This document shows, in pieces, positions 17,357 to 25,608 of a stretch of DNA of 41,549 nt. Position 1 is the stretch's first letter; every line of letters starts with the position of its first letter. Both the position numbers and the translations under genes were made by a program. The notes below the pieces were generated by a model that was not told the DNA's origin, ran no database searches, and saw only the letters and a program-made list of their open reading frames with translations. This DNA is from a virus (lineage: Duplodnaviria > Caudoviricetes): positions 1 through 41,549 of IMG/VR virus record IMGVR_UViG_3300037463_000028. One strand, given 5' to 3'.

Positions 17357-17376
17357 CGTCGTTATATTTACCGAGG

Positions 17377-17964
17377 TTATTCAGCGGCAGCCGCTGCGGC
17401 TCGCATCGCGGCCATCCTGGTGGCCACGGCCTGGCGCACGATCGGCAGGTTCAGCGAAGCGCAGTCCGGCTTTTTGTGCGGGTCCGCATCCGAGTGCTGG
17501 CTAATGACGAAGTGGCTCACGCCGGTCGCCGGGTGGACGAACTTCCCGAGCGGGTCCAGGCCGTACTTCAGGCATTTGACGCTGAGCCAGTGAATCAGCG
17601 CGTGATACTGCCGCTCGGTCAGGTACGCCTGCTTGCCCGGCTGCCGCACCGGGTCCGGGGCGGGTGTGGCGCCCGGCACGGCCTTCCCCGGCAGGCCAAC
17701 GCAGGATACGCCCAGGCTCACCACGTTCATGCCTTCCGCCAAACAGTGAGCACCCACCTGGCTCTCGTCGCGCCCCGGCTCGATCTTGCCGTCGAGCGCC
17801 TCGCTGTAGCCCGTGGCCCGCTTGCCGCCATAGCGCAGGCCGTTCAGGATGACGGCGTGGTACCCGATCCTGGCGAACCCACGCGCGATATGCCACTCAT
17901 TGACCTGGGCCGCGTCGCCGAACGCCGACGCCGTGTTATGGATAACCAGCCCGCGCACTTTCAT
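17377..17964 (-). CDS. Endolysin, N-acetylmuramoyl-L-alanine amidase (Amidase_2)
   Basis: VIHNT, IGYH, GAHC, H...K.DC zinc-ligand pattern. Confidence 0.9.
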   Translation of the reverse strand: MKVRGLVIHNTASAFGDAAQVNEWHIARGFARIGYHAVILNGLRYGGKRATGYSEALDGKIEPGRDESQVGAHCLAEGMNVVSLGVSCVGLPGKAVPGATPAPDPVRQPGKQAYLTERQYHALIHWLSVKCLKYGLDPLGKFVHPATGVSHFVISQHSDADPHKKPDCASLNLPIVRQAVATRMAAMRAAAAAAE

Positions 17965-18716
17965 TGTTTTTTTTCCTCTCGGACGGCTTCAACGGCTTCG
18001 GGAAAGGTGCAGACGATATCGCCGGCGATATCGTCTGCCCGAGCACCACGAGTCGGGCCTGTCAGTGACGGGTCATCCAGGATGCGCCGTACAAAATCCG
18101 CCTGCTCCTGCGCGACGCCGCTGCCGGCCAGTACCGCCGCGAACGCTTCGGCAAGGCCCTCGCGGGCGCTGGCAGCCGCATAGTCGGAGGGCAGCTCGTC
18201 GTTCATCCACGCCCGCAGCCAGATGCTTTGCCACTCCACGCGCAGCGCCTCGGTCAGAAGGCGCACATCGACCAGGTGGCCCCACTCATGCACGCAGATC
18301 CGGCGGAAGCGGCCGCCCCCGCTGCCGATGCGGGCGCCGCGCTGGTCGCCGATCAGGAAGATGCGATTGATCCCGTCCGGGCCGGGAGAGCGGTAGAACG
18401 CGGAGGCCGTCGGCGGCACGGTCGGCGCGACAATGGCCAGCTCCGCCCGGTCCAGCGTCCGGATCTCGGCCTGCTCGGTCGGCGGCGTGAGGTGGACCGG
18501 GTAGGCCGAGAGCACCACGCCCAGGGCGTCCGCGGCCTGGCTGTCACCGGAGGGCACCGATATCGGGGTGTGGCTGGCCGCGTCGCCGGGCGGGGAGTAG
18601 CCGCCGCCGCCGCGAGGTGTAAAACCGCCACAGCCGGCGAGAAAGGCGGTGAGGGTCAGCAGTACTGCGACCACGACCAGGATGGTCGTGTGCCGCGCGT
18701 TGCGATGGAGGCGCAT
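17961..18716 (-). CDS. Lipoprotein with HEXXH zinc-metallopeptidase motif
   Basis: Lipobox LAGC; HEWGH; YA....EGLAEAF. Confidence 0.8.
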   Translation of the reverse strand: MRLHRNARHTTILVVVAVLLTLTAFLAGCGGFTPRGGGGYSPPGDAASHTPISVPSGDSQAADALGVVLSAYPVHLTPPTEQAEIRTLDRAELAIVAPTVPPTASAFYRSPGPDGINRIFLIGDQRGARIGSGGGRFRRICVHEWGHLVDVRLLTEALRVEWQSIWLRAWMNDELPSDYAAASAREGLAEAFAAVLAGSGVAQEQADFVRRILDDPSLTGPTRGARADDIAGDIVCTFPEAVEAVREEKKQ

Positions 18717-18753
18717 AGTGCGCTCCTTTCTGAGGAGGTGGGGAAGGGGGGAA

Positions 18754-18777
18754 TGTTCGATGTCCGAACACCGAACA
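18754..18777. repeat. Heptad-built palindromic element (minimal 24-mer)
   Basis: TGTTCGATGTCCGAACACCGAACA. Confidence 0.75.
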
Positions 18778-18781
18778 GTGA

Positions 18782-19192
18782 CTAGCGGAGGCGCAGTGCC
18801 TCTTGTTTGGGCGGGAGGCCCAGATGCCAGCCGACGCGCCAGCAGAACTCCGGCAGCGGGCGGTCGCCGTCAGCGCTCGCGCAGTAGAGGACGCGTACGG
18901 CCTGGCCCGCGGGCGGGTACCAGACCAGCATCTTGATGACGCCTGCCGGGACCGGCTGCTCGATACAACCCTTCCAGGTGCCCGGCGACGGCCGCCCGCC
19001 CTGCTTGACCTGGATGGCCAGCACGTGCGCGCCTTCGACCTTGTGGGTGGGGCTGCCCTCGATGGAGAACGCCACCAGGTCGAACAGGCCGATGCTCGCC
19101 GCGGCCCGGATCACGTTGTAGCCCTCGGCCTGGAGCGTGTCCCGGACCTTCCATTCGGCGCGGCGGCCGGCCAGATAGTGCGCGTTAGGCAT
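18782..19192 (-). CDS. Hjc-like PD-(D/E)XK nuclease / Holliday junction resolvase
   Basis: GRRAEW...GYNVIRAAAS..FDLVA...IQVK. Confidence 0.8.
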   Translation of the reverse strand: MPNAHYLAGRRAEWKVRDTLQAEGYNVIRAAASIGLFDLVAFSIEGSPTHKVEGAHVLAIQVKQGGRPSPGTWKGCIEQPVPAGVIKMLVWYPPAGQAVRVLYCASADGDRPLPEFCWRVGWHLGLPPKQEALRLR

Positions 19193-19682
19193 CGGCGCCG
19201 CCCTCGCTGTCCTGTTCCGCCGGTTCTACCGGAGCCGCGGGATTGGCAGGAATCAGGGGAAGGTTCGGCTGCACGCCCAGGAACGCCAGACCGCGGTCGA
19301 GAACGTTCAGGACCGGGGCGAGGCGCCCGCCGGTGTCCAGACGGGCCAGCAGCCCGCGCAGGTTCTCGCTGATCGAGATCGCCTCGCAGAACATCACCGC
19401 CCACCAGCCCGCCACCAGCCAGGCCCAGTTGTTCCCCATGACCGCGATCCCGGCGAACAGGCCCAGGATCATCCCGAAGCACAGCCCCTTGTCCTTCATC
19501 TTGTTGCGGAACTCGGTGCTGCTCGTAGCGCCGGCCCGCCGGGCGCAGGCGACGCCGGTGACGGTATCGACGATCACGAACCAGACCGCGACGCCCGCGG
19601 TCTTGTGGACCAGGACGGGAGCGTGCAGGAGGAAGGAGCAGGCGGCCGCCATCAGCGTGGCGGCGCCCTTGGGGAGAGTCAT
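19185..19682 (-). CDS. Holin
   Basis: Transmembrane helices; DTVTGV...EAISISENL pattern of the phage_holin_4_1 type. Confidence 0.8.
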   Translation of the reverse strand: MTLPKGAATLMAAACSFLLHAPVLVHKTAGVAVWFVIVDTVTGVACARRAGATSSTEFRNKMKDKGLCFGMILGLFAGIAVMGNNWAWLVAGWWAVMFCEAISISENLRGLLARLDTGGRLAPVLNVLDRGLAFLGVQPNLPLIPANPAAPVEPAEQDSEGGADA

Positions 19683-19716
19683 CGGGGTGGCTTTCTAAGG
19701 GAGGGGCAGGGGCTAG

Positions 19717-19755
19717 TATCCGCTGTCGGGATATCCACTATCCGGACAGCGGACA
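19717..19755. repeat. Heptad-built palindromic element
   Basis: TATCCGCTGTCGGGATA-tccac-TATCCGGACAGCGGACA. Confidence 0.8.
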
Positions 19756-19775
19756 GGAGTGGCGTGGGAGGGCGG

Positions 19776-22283
19776 CTATGGGGTGCGGACGGTGAGGACG
19801 ACCGGCCCGAAGGTCTGATCGTCTTCCGCGTCGGCGTCGTGCAGTTTGACGGTGAGGCTGTAGCGCCCTGGCGCCGCCGTGTCGTCTTCAGAGAGGCGAT
19901 ACTCCAGCACGCCGCCGGCCGCGTACAGGACCTCGCACTCGCCGGCGGCGGTGATGACGGTGCCGCCGCTGGTGACCGTCGCGGTGAAGGTGGCGGTCGG
20001 GGGCAGCGGAATGGCCTGCTTCAGCTCGTCGGACAGGCGCAGCACGATGCCGAACTGGTCCCCGACGAAGGCGTTTATGGTGCCGCTGGAACCGCCCGAG
20101 AGCGGGGTCAGCACGATCTCCCCCTCACCGCGGACCAGGCGGATCGTACTCCCGCTGCCCGCCTCCGCGACGAGGCTGCCGGTATACTGGTTTCCGCCCG
20201 CGCCGAACTGCACGCCGCTCTCCACGTCGGCCGCAGCGGGCAGGGTGACGGTGCCGACCGTCGCGCCCACCGCGACGCCCGCGAGGACCTGGGCCGCCGT
20301 CGGCACGGCGAGAGTGCCCACCGTGGCAGCCACAGCCGTTCCCACCCGCACATCGGCGGCAGCCGGTACTGCCAGCGTCCCGAGCGTCCCGTCGCCCCGG
20401 TCGATGCCGCTGCGCACGTCGGTCGCCGGGGGCAGGGTCAGTTCCTCGCCGCCGCCGACTTCGACCAAAGCCCACGGCCCCCAGCCGCCGGCGTTGCCCG
20501 CCCGCGCCTCGATGGTGTGCGGCTCGGTCGCATCGTCCACCGGGACCGGCGTTGCCGTGGCAGCGTCGATGCTCGCCGGGGCGCCGCCATCGACGCGGTA
20601 CTCGTACTGCGTCGCGCCCGCGACGGCCGGGATCGTGATGGTGACCGTCCCCGCCCCGACGTTGATGATCGGCGCTGCGGGCGGGTCGGGCAGGACGGCC
20701 GGCGTCACCAGGGCGCGGCTGCGGGCGAAGTTGTGGTCCGCCTGGAGGGCGTTCAGGGCGGCAGTTCCGTGCTTGCCGTCGCCCGTGTAGACGGGGCGCA
20801 TCGAGATGTCGCCGCCGCCCGCGTCGTAGTGGACGCTCGGCCTGCCGTCCATGATGCCCAGCGGGTCGGCGTTCGTCAGGTCCACGTGCGCATCGAGCTT
20901 GTGGACCTGCGCGCTCCCCAGGGCAGCGATCTGCGTGTCCAGGCCCGTGCGGATGTCGGTGATGAAGGCGTCCGTCGCCCAGGAGCCGTAATAGGGGTAG
21001 CGGACCAGCACCTCCGCGGCGGGCTTGTCCGCCAGCGTCTCATTGACAGCCTGCATGGTCGCCGAAACGTTCTGAGCCGCGTTGTACCCGTCGGTGAGCA
21101 GCGTGGAGTTGATGTACTCGCTGAACCAGGCCAGGACCTTCGCGCCCGGCGTCATCGCCGCCTTGCGCCGCGCCCGGTTCGCGGCGTTGTTGATGTCCGA
21201 CCATTGCTTGCCGGGATAGGCCTCGAACCACCACGCGTATCGGGTGGCGTCCGCCGTCTCGTACAGGTCGAGCGTCAGTTCGTGCATGTTGCGCTGGACG
21301 CCCGCGAGCACGGGAACGTCCGGCGCGTTGCCGTCCGGCTGTACGCCGAAGTCGTTGGAGTGCCCGTCGATGACGAAGACGTGGGACAGGTCTGTCGGAT
21401 ACCACCGCTCGATGCCCGCCTCGGTCATGTCGGCCAGGATCATCGCGCGCAGCTCGTCGAACCGCCCATCCAGGCTCATCGCACCGGGGATCAGGTGGAA
21501 CAGGCGGTAGTCGCAGTTGGGCAGCGAGTACAGTTCGCTGGACCCGATGAGGAAGTCGCTGGCGGCGGCGGGCAGCGGGCCGACATGGTTGAAGATGGCG
21601 GTCGGGGTGCCGTCGATCAGGACCTGGGAGCGGTGGTTCGCGCCGCCGTCGGTCGGCTCGACGCAGATGGTGATGTCGGTCGGCAGCGGGTCGTTGCGCC
21701 AGGCGGAGTTGACATCGGGGTTGGAGCGTGTGCGCCGCTTGTTGGGCACGTCGATGGTGCCGTTGCCGGTCCCGACGGTCCAGTCCACCAGAAAGCCGAT
21801 GCGCCCGGTAGATTCCGGCACGCCGTACTGAAGGTAGCCGTTGCCGCCGGCCCAGTCGAGGATGCGGCAGTGGTTCAGGCCGGACGCCTGCACCTGGGGG
21901 TATTCGGGCAGCACCACCTGGAGGCGGATGGTGTATCCGCCGCCGGTGGACGATAGGTGCTGGTTGAAGTTGTTATGAGCCAGCATCCGCAGCTCGTGCT
22001 TGTTCGACCAGTGGATGCCGTAGCCGGGGCCGTCGCCCACCTCGAAGCCGTCCAGGTCGTCGAAGGGGGTGTGGTTGTGCCGCGCCCGCGCCACGGGCAG
22101 GCCGCCCACGGCGGCGTTCAGGCGGTACTTCATCTGGTGAGACGCGCCGCCGGAGACGGTCCACGCGACGCCGTGGGTGCCGGGGTTGAGGGCGCTGCTG
22201 ATGCGCGTGCCGTTGCTGGCCGCGACGCCGCCGGTCAGCAGGCCGGTAGCGGCCAGCATCGACAAGACCTTTGTGTGTGCCAT
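19776..22283 (-). CDS. Tail fibre / receptor-binding protein, multidomain
   Basis: SGNH-like GHSN...DGKH; FN3-like segment; four ~21-aa LPxAxDV repeats. Confidence 0.7.
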   Translation of the reverse strand: MAHTKVLSMLAATGLLTGGVAASNGTRISSALNPGTHGVAWTVSGGASHQMKYRLNAAVGGLPVARARHNHTPFDDLDGFEVGDGPGYGIHWSNKHELRMLAHNNFNQHLSSTGGGYTIRLQVVLPEYPQVQASGLNHCRILDWAGGNGYLQYGVPESTGRIGFLVDWTVGTGNGTIDVPNKRRTRSNPDVNSAWRNDPLPTDITICVEPTDGGANHRSQVLIDGTPTAIFNHVGPLPAAASDFLIGSSELYSLPNCDYRLFHLIPGAMSLDGRFDELRAMILADMTEAGIERWYPTDLSHVFVIDGHSNDFGVQPDGNAPDVPVLAGVQRNMHELTLDLYETADATRYAWWFEAYPGKQWSDINNAANRARRKAAMTPGAKVLAWFSEYINSTLLTDGYNAAQNVSATMQAVNETLADKPAAEVLVRYPYYGSWATDAFITDIRTGLDTQIAALGSAQVHKLDAHVDLTNADPLGIMDGRPSVHYDAGGGDISMRPVYTGDGKHGTAALNALQADHNFARSRALVTPAVLPDPPAAPIINVGAGTVTITIPAVAGATQYEYRVDGGAPASIDAATATPVPVDDATEPHTIEARAGNAGGWGPWALVEVGGGEELTLPPATDVRSGIDRGDGTLGTLAVPAAADVRVGTAVAATVGTLAVPTAAQVLAGVAVGATVGTVTLPAAADVESGVQFGAGGNQYTGSLVAEAGSGSTIRLVRGEGEIVLTPLSGGSSGTINAFVGDQFGIVLRLSDELKQAIPLPPTATFTATVTSGGTVITAAGECEVLYAAGGVLEYRLSEDDTAAPGRYSLTVKLHDADAEDDQTFGPVVLTVRTP

Positions 22284-22406
22284 AGGAGGGCCTTCCTGGG
22301 GATGGGTGGGAGAGGGGCCATGCCTGCCCCGCGCACGTCGTCAAAGAGGCGCGGCCGGAGCCGGAGTAGGTGAGGCCGCTCGCTCACGGCCTCGGGAAGT
22401 AGGCGA

Positions 22407-24794
22407 CTAGGGGGAGGTGGCTGTCTGCCGGGTGTTGAAGGCGGCGGCACGGGCTACCGCGATCTGGTTGATCAGGGCCTCGGTCGTGGGCTGCTCGCGC
22501 CCGAGTTCGAGCGTCCGGGAGAAGACGCCCGCCCCGTCGAAGGAGCCGCGCACGCGGGCGACGGGCAGGGGGGAGGGCGCGTGCGTCGGCCCCTCTTCTC
22601 CGGCCAGGCGGACCACCTGACCCGGCCAGTACAGCCGGTCGGCGTCGCCGGAGAGCGGCACGGTGGCCTTGCGCACGGGGATGGCGCGGGAGCGGAAGAA
22701 GGCGCGGGCGAGCGCGACGGCCGTGTCCAGGTCCGTCACGTCCTGCGCCGACTCGCGCCCCTCGCGGGTGCCGTACAGCGTTTCCGAGTCATGTTCGGCG
22801 CCGCTCTCGAACACGTCCGCGGCGCGCAGGCGGGCCGAGAGAGGTCCGTCGGGCTGATACGGCAGGTTCGGCCCCCAGCGGGCGCGCGCATCGCCGAACC
22901 ACAGGGCGTCGAAAATGTAGTCCCCGTCCGAGCGGAACGCCACGAAGGGTATGCCGTAGGCCGCGTCCGCCGGCGCCGTTCCCGTCACGTTGAAGAACGT
23001 CCAGCCGAAGGCGGCCAGGGCGGTGTGAGTCACCTTGACGGTCGCGTCCAGAACAGTGTTGTCCGTCTTGCGCCACTGGATCTGGTAGATCTGCTTCCCG
23101 CCCGCGTCCCCCTCGGCGCTGTCTCCGGTGCGGACCCAGCCGGTGAAGCGGTAGGGCAGCCCCGGCGTGATCGAAGGCTTCTCTATCGGTTCCAGGTGCC
23201 CGTCCTGCCCGTCGGCGTCGGCCGCGCCCACCGGCCGCAGTCGGATGGCGTACCCGCCATGCACCCGATCCGCCCCGTACGCCCAATCCGCGATGACCCG
23301 CGCCTCGTCGCCGTAGGCGGTGGTCTTCCAGTTCTCCTGGAACCAGCGCTCCGTGTCCCACAGTTCCAGGTTGTCCCACAGCAGGCCCTCGCCGACGCCC
23401 GCGCCGCCGCCAGCGACCGTATGGGTGGCGGTCAGGCGGCCCTTGTCGGCGAGCGCCGGGCAGAGGAAGGGCCGCTCATAGCGCTCGTAGTGGTTGGAGA
23501 GCGGAACGAGGGTGTACGCGCCATCGGTCGTGCCCGCGTCAGCGGCGTCCTGCCACACCCCGGCGACACGCCACTCCATGCGGACCTCGGCTTCTTGCGA
23601 GGCGGAACCCTGCCGGTTGACGTAGAACCCCACCCTCAGCTTGTGGCCGCGGCTCTCCACGGGAACGTCGAACTCTTGGCGGAACCCTTCGCCCACCGTG
23701 TCGGTCTGGATCAGCCACTGGCCGGAGTGCGCGGACACGCCCACGTCCTGCCCGTTCTGCTTCATGCTCGCGCCGTCGAAGAGCGCCCAATAGGCCGTAT
23801 AGCCCCGGCCCGGCGTCGGGTCCTCGTTGATGCCACCGCCGACGCCCGGACCCGCACCCTCCTGGTGGCTGTCCTGCTCGAAGTCGCCGTTCTCCAGGAG
23901 GCTCCCGAGGCCCGTGCCGCCGCCACCCGGCGTGATCGCCTCGAACCCGCCGTTCTTCAGCTTGTTGCCGCGCGCGCCCATGTCGCCGCCGTCCACCGTC
24001 AGCACGTTCACCAGGTCCGAAGTGGAAGCGCTGCCGGTGACCTTGCCCACGCCCGCCGAAGGCACGGCGATGGTGTAGTCCGGGTCGCCGGAGGCCGGGC
24101 GGAAGTACAGCCGGTCCTTCCCGTCGGCGGGGTCGTAATCGACGCCCCACACCGCCCCCCCGCCGCAAAGCTGCGCCAGGCCGGACAGCACATCGGAGAC
24201 GGTCTTGCCGCGGCTGTCGAAGGTGAGCAGTTCGACGCCGGTTGTCTCGAACTGGACGGTCAGCCACGGGAAGAGCGGCTCGATCCAGTCGGTCCACACC
24301 TGCTCGGCGATGAGCGACGCATCCACCGCCACGCCGTAGCGGTACAGCTTGTCGGCGAGGATCTTGGTCAGGACCTGGGCGCGGCCGTACAGGGTCACCT
24401 CTTCGGCGGACGGGTCGCCGCCGGACGTGTCGCGCTCGGCGACATAACCGCGGTAGTGCAGCGCGTCGTCCTGCCACATCTCCACGCGATCGCCGGGCAG
24501 CGTGAACGATTCGGCCGCCGTGGAGAGTCCGCCCTGCCCGAAGCCGCCCAGCCGGTCCAGCGTGTAAGTCGGGTTGTAGCGCTTCTCCTGCGGCAGGGCT
24601 TTGCGATTCCCCAGGGAATCGAACAGCAGCACGTGCAGGCCCTCGCCCGGCTCGGACAGCACGAAGGCCGGCTCCGGGTAGGGCGTGAGCGTAGTGGGGC
24701 CGCCGGGCAGGAAGGCCGCATCGGCGCCCGGCGTCAGGTCCTCCGCCGGCGGCTCGCTATCGGGATCTTCTCCAAGGTAAGAGGGGATGGGCAT
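22407..24794 (-). CDS. Tal/hub-like minor tail protein with CBM-like inserts
   Basis: Position after Dit; LKNGGFE and LENGDFE motifs. Confidence 0.7.
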   Translation of the reverse strand: MPIPSYLGEDPDSEPPAEDLTPGADAAFLPGGPTTLTPYPEPAFVLSEPGEGLHVLLFDSLGNRKALPQEKRYNPTYTLDRLGGFGQGGLSTAAESFTLPGDRVEMWQDDALHYRGYVAERDTSGGDPSAEEVTLYGRAQVLTKILADKLYRYGVAVDASLIAEQVWTDWIEPLFPWLTVQFETTGVELLTFDSRGKTVSDVLSGLAQLCGGGAVWGVDYDPADGKDRLYFRPASGDPDYTIAVPSAGVGKVTGSASTSDLVNVLTVDGGDMGARGNKLKNGGFEAITPGGGGTGLGSLLENGDFEQDSHQEGAGPGVGGGINEDPTPGRGYTAYWALFDGASMKQNGQDVGVSAHSGQWLIQTDTVGEGFRQEFDVPVESRGHKLRVGFYVNRQGSASQEAEVRMEWRVAGVWQDAADAGTTDGAYTLVPLSNHYERYERPFLCPALADKGRLTATHTVAGGGAGVGEGLLWDNLELWDTERWFQENWKTTAYGDEARVIADWAYGADRVHGGYAIRLRPVGAADADGQDGHLEPIEKPSITPGLPYRFTGWVRTGDSAEGDAGGKQIYQIQWRKTDNTVLDATVKVTHTALAAFGWTFFNVTGTAPADAAYGIPFVAFRSDGDYIFDALWFGDARARWGPNLPYQPDGPLSARLRAADVFESGAEHDSETLYGTREGRESAQDVTDLDTAVALARAFFRSRAIPVRKATVPLSGDADRLYWPGQVVRLAGEEGPTHAPSPLPVARVRGSFDGAGVFSRTLELGREQPTTEALINQIAVARAAAFNTRQTATSP

Positions 24795-24810
24795 GGTTTA
24801 GCACCGCGGT

Positions 24811-25608
24811 TTACCACCAGCGATCCCGCCACGAGGCCGAGGCGGAGGTGAGCTGCGCGCCGCCCGCGCAGGTGAGGGTGAGGTTGTTGGTGACGCCGGG
24901 CGCAAGTTCCAGCCAGCCGCCCACCAGCAGCAGCGCGGTGGCGTCCACGCCCGAGCGGATCAGGCGTTCCGCGTCCGCGTCATAGAGGACGGCCGCGCCG
25001 GTCTCCTTGGCGTTGAGTACCGCGCTCTTGCCCGTGGTCGTGTTGGTGACCGTCAGGAGGCTCGTGACCGGGCTTGCGACCGCGCCGACGGCGGCCAGCG
25101 TGTAGGTCAGGAGGAGGCGGGCCGGGGCCGTCCCGCCCACGGCCAGGGCGAGGCTAGCGGACAGACCGCCTCCGGCGACCGTCGCCGCCTGCGTGTTCAG
25201 CGTGTCGCCGCGCCAGAGCGGATCGTTGGCGACGAACTGCACCTCCCACGGGATCGCGCCGACCGAATTCTCGGCATCCACGTCGCGCAGCGCTTCGACC
25301 TCGGCCAGCAGGTAGCGGTCTGCCCGGTCCAGGTAAAGGGCCTGTGGGGCGCCGTCCGCGTGCGCGGCCATAAAAGCGTCCCACAGGCCCTCGATGTCGT
25401 CCCCGCCGCGCGCGATCAGCACGCCGCCGAGCGTGCTCCGAACCGGCCCGGTGAGACCTCCCTGCGTGTAGTGGCGCCGGGAGCCGGGCGCCTCGGCCAC
25501 GCGGGGCCGGTGCTGCCGCTCGCGGGGAGCGCGCAAGATGATGGAGCCGGAGGATTCCTCATCCACCGGCTCGTAGGCGTAATCTCCGAATTGATATTCA
25601 GGCATCAC
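24811..25608 (-). CDS. Distal tail (Dit)-like protein
   Basis: Follows the tape measure gene; F.ANDPLWR, L.PG.NNL, terminal RWW. Confidence 0.75.
   Translation of the reverse strand: MMPEYQFGDYAYEPVDEESSGSIILRAPRERQHRPRVAEAPGSRRHYTQGGLTGPVRSTLGGVLIARGGDDIEGLWDAFMAAHADGAPQALYLDRADRYLLAEVEALRDVDAENSVGAIPWEVQFVANDPLWRGDTLNTQAATVAGGGLSASLALAVGGTAPARLLLTYTLAAVGAVASPVTSLLTVTNTTTGKSAVLNAKETGAAVLYDADAERLIRSGVDATALLLVGGWLELAPGVTNNLTLTCAGGAQLTSASASWRDRWW

Noticed and set aside
22284-22409. Readthrough from the Tal-like gene into the in-frame fibre gene
   Set aside because: A further in-frame TGA lies in the gap
19776-24794. Diversity-generating retroelement or invertible fibre cassette
   Set aside because: No reverse transcriptase, template/variable repeat pair or flanking invertase sites seen
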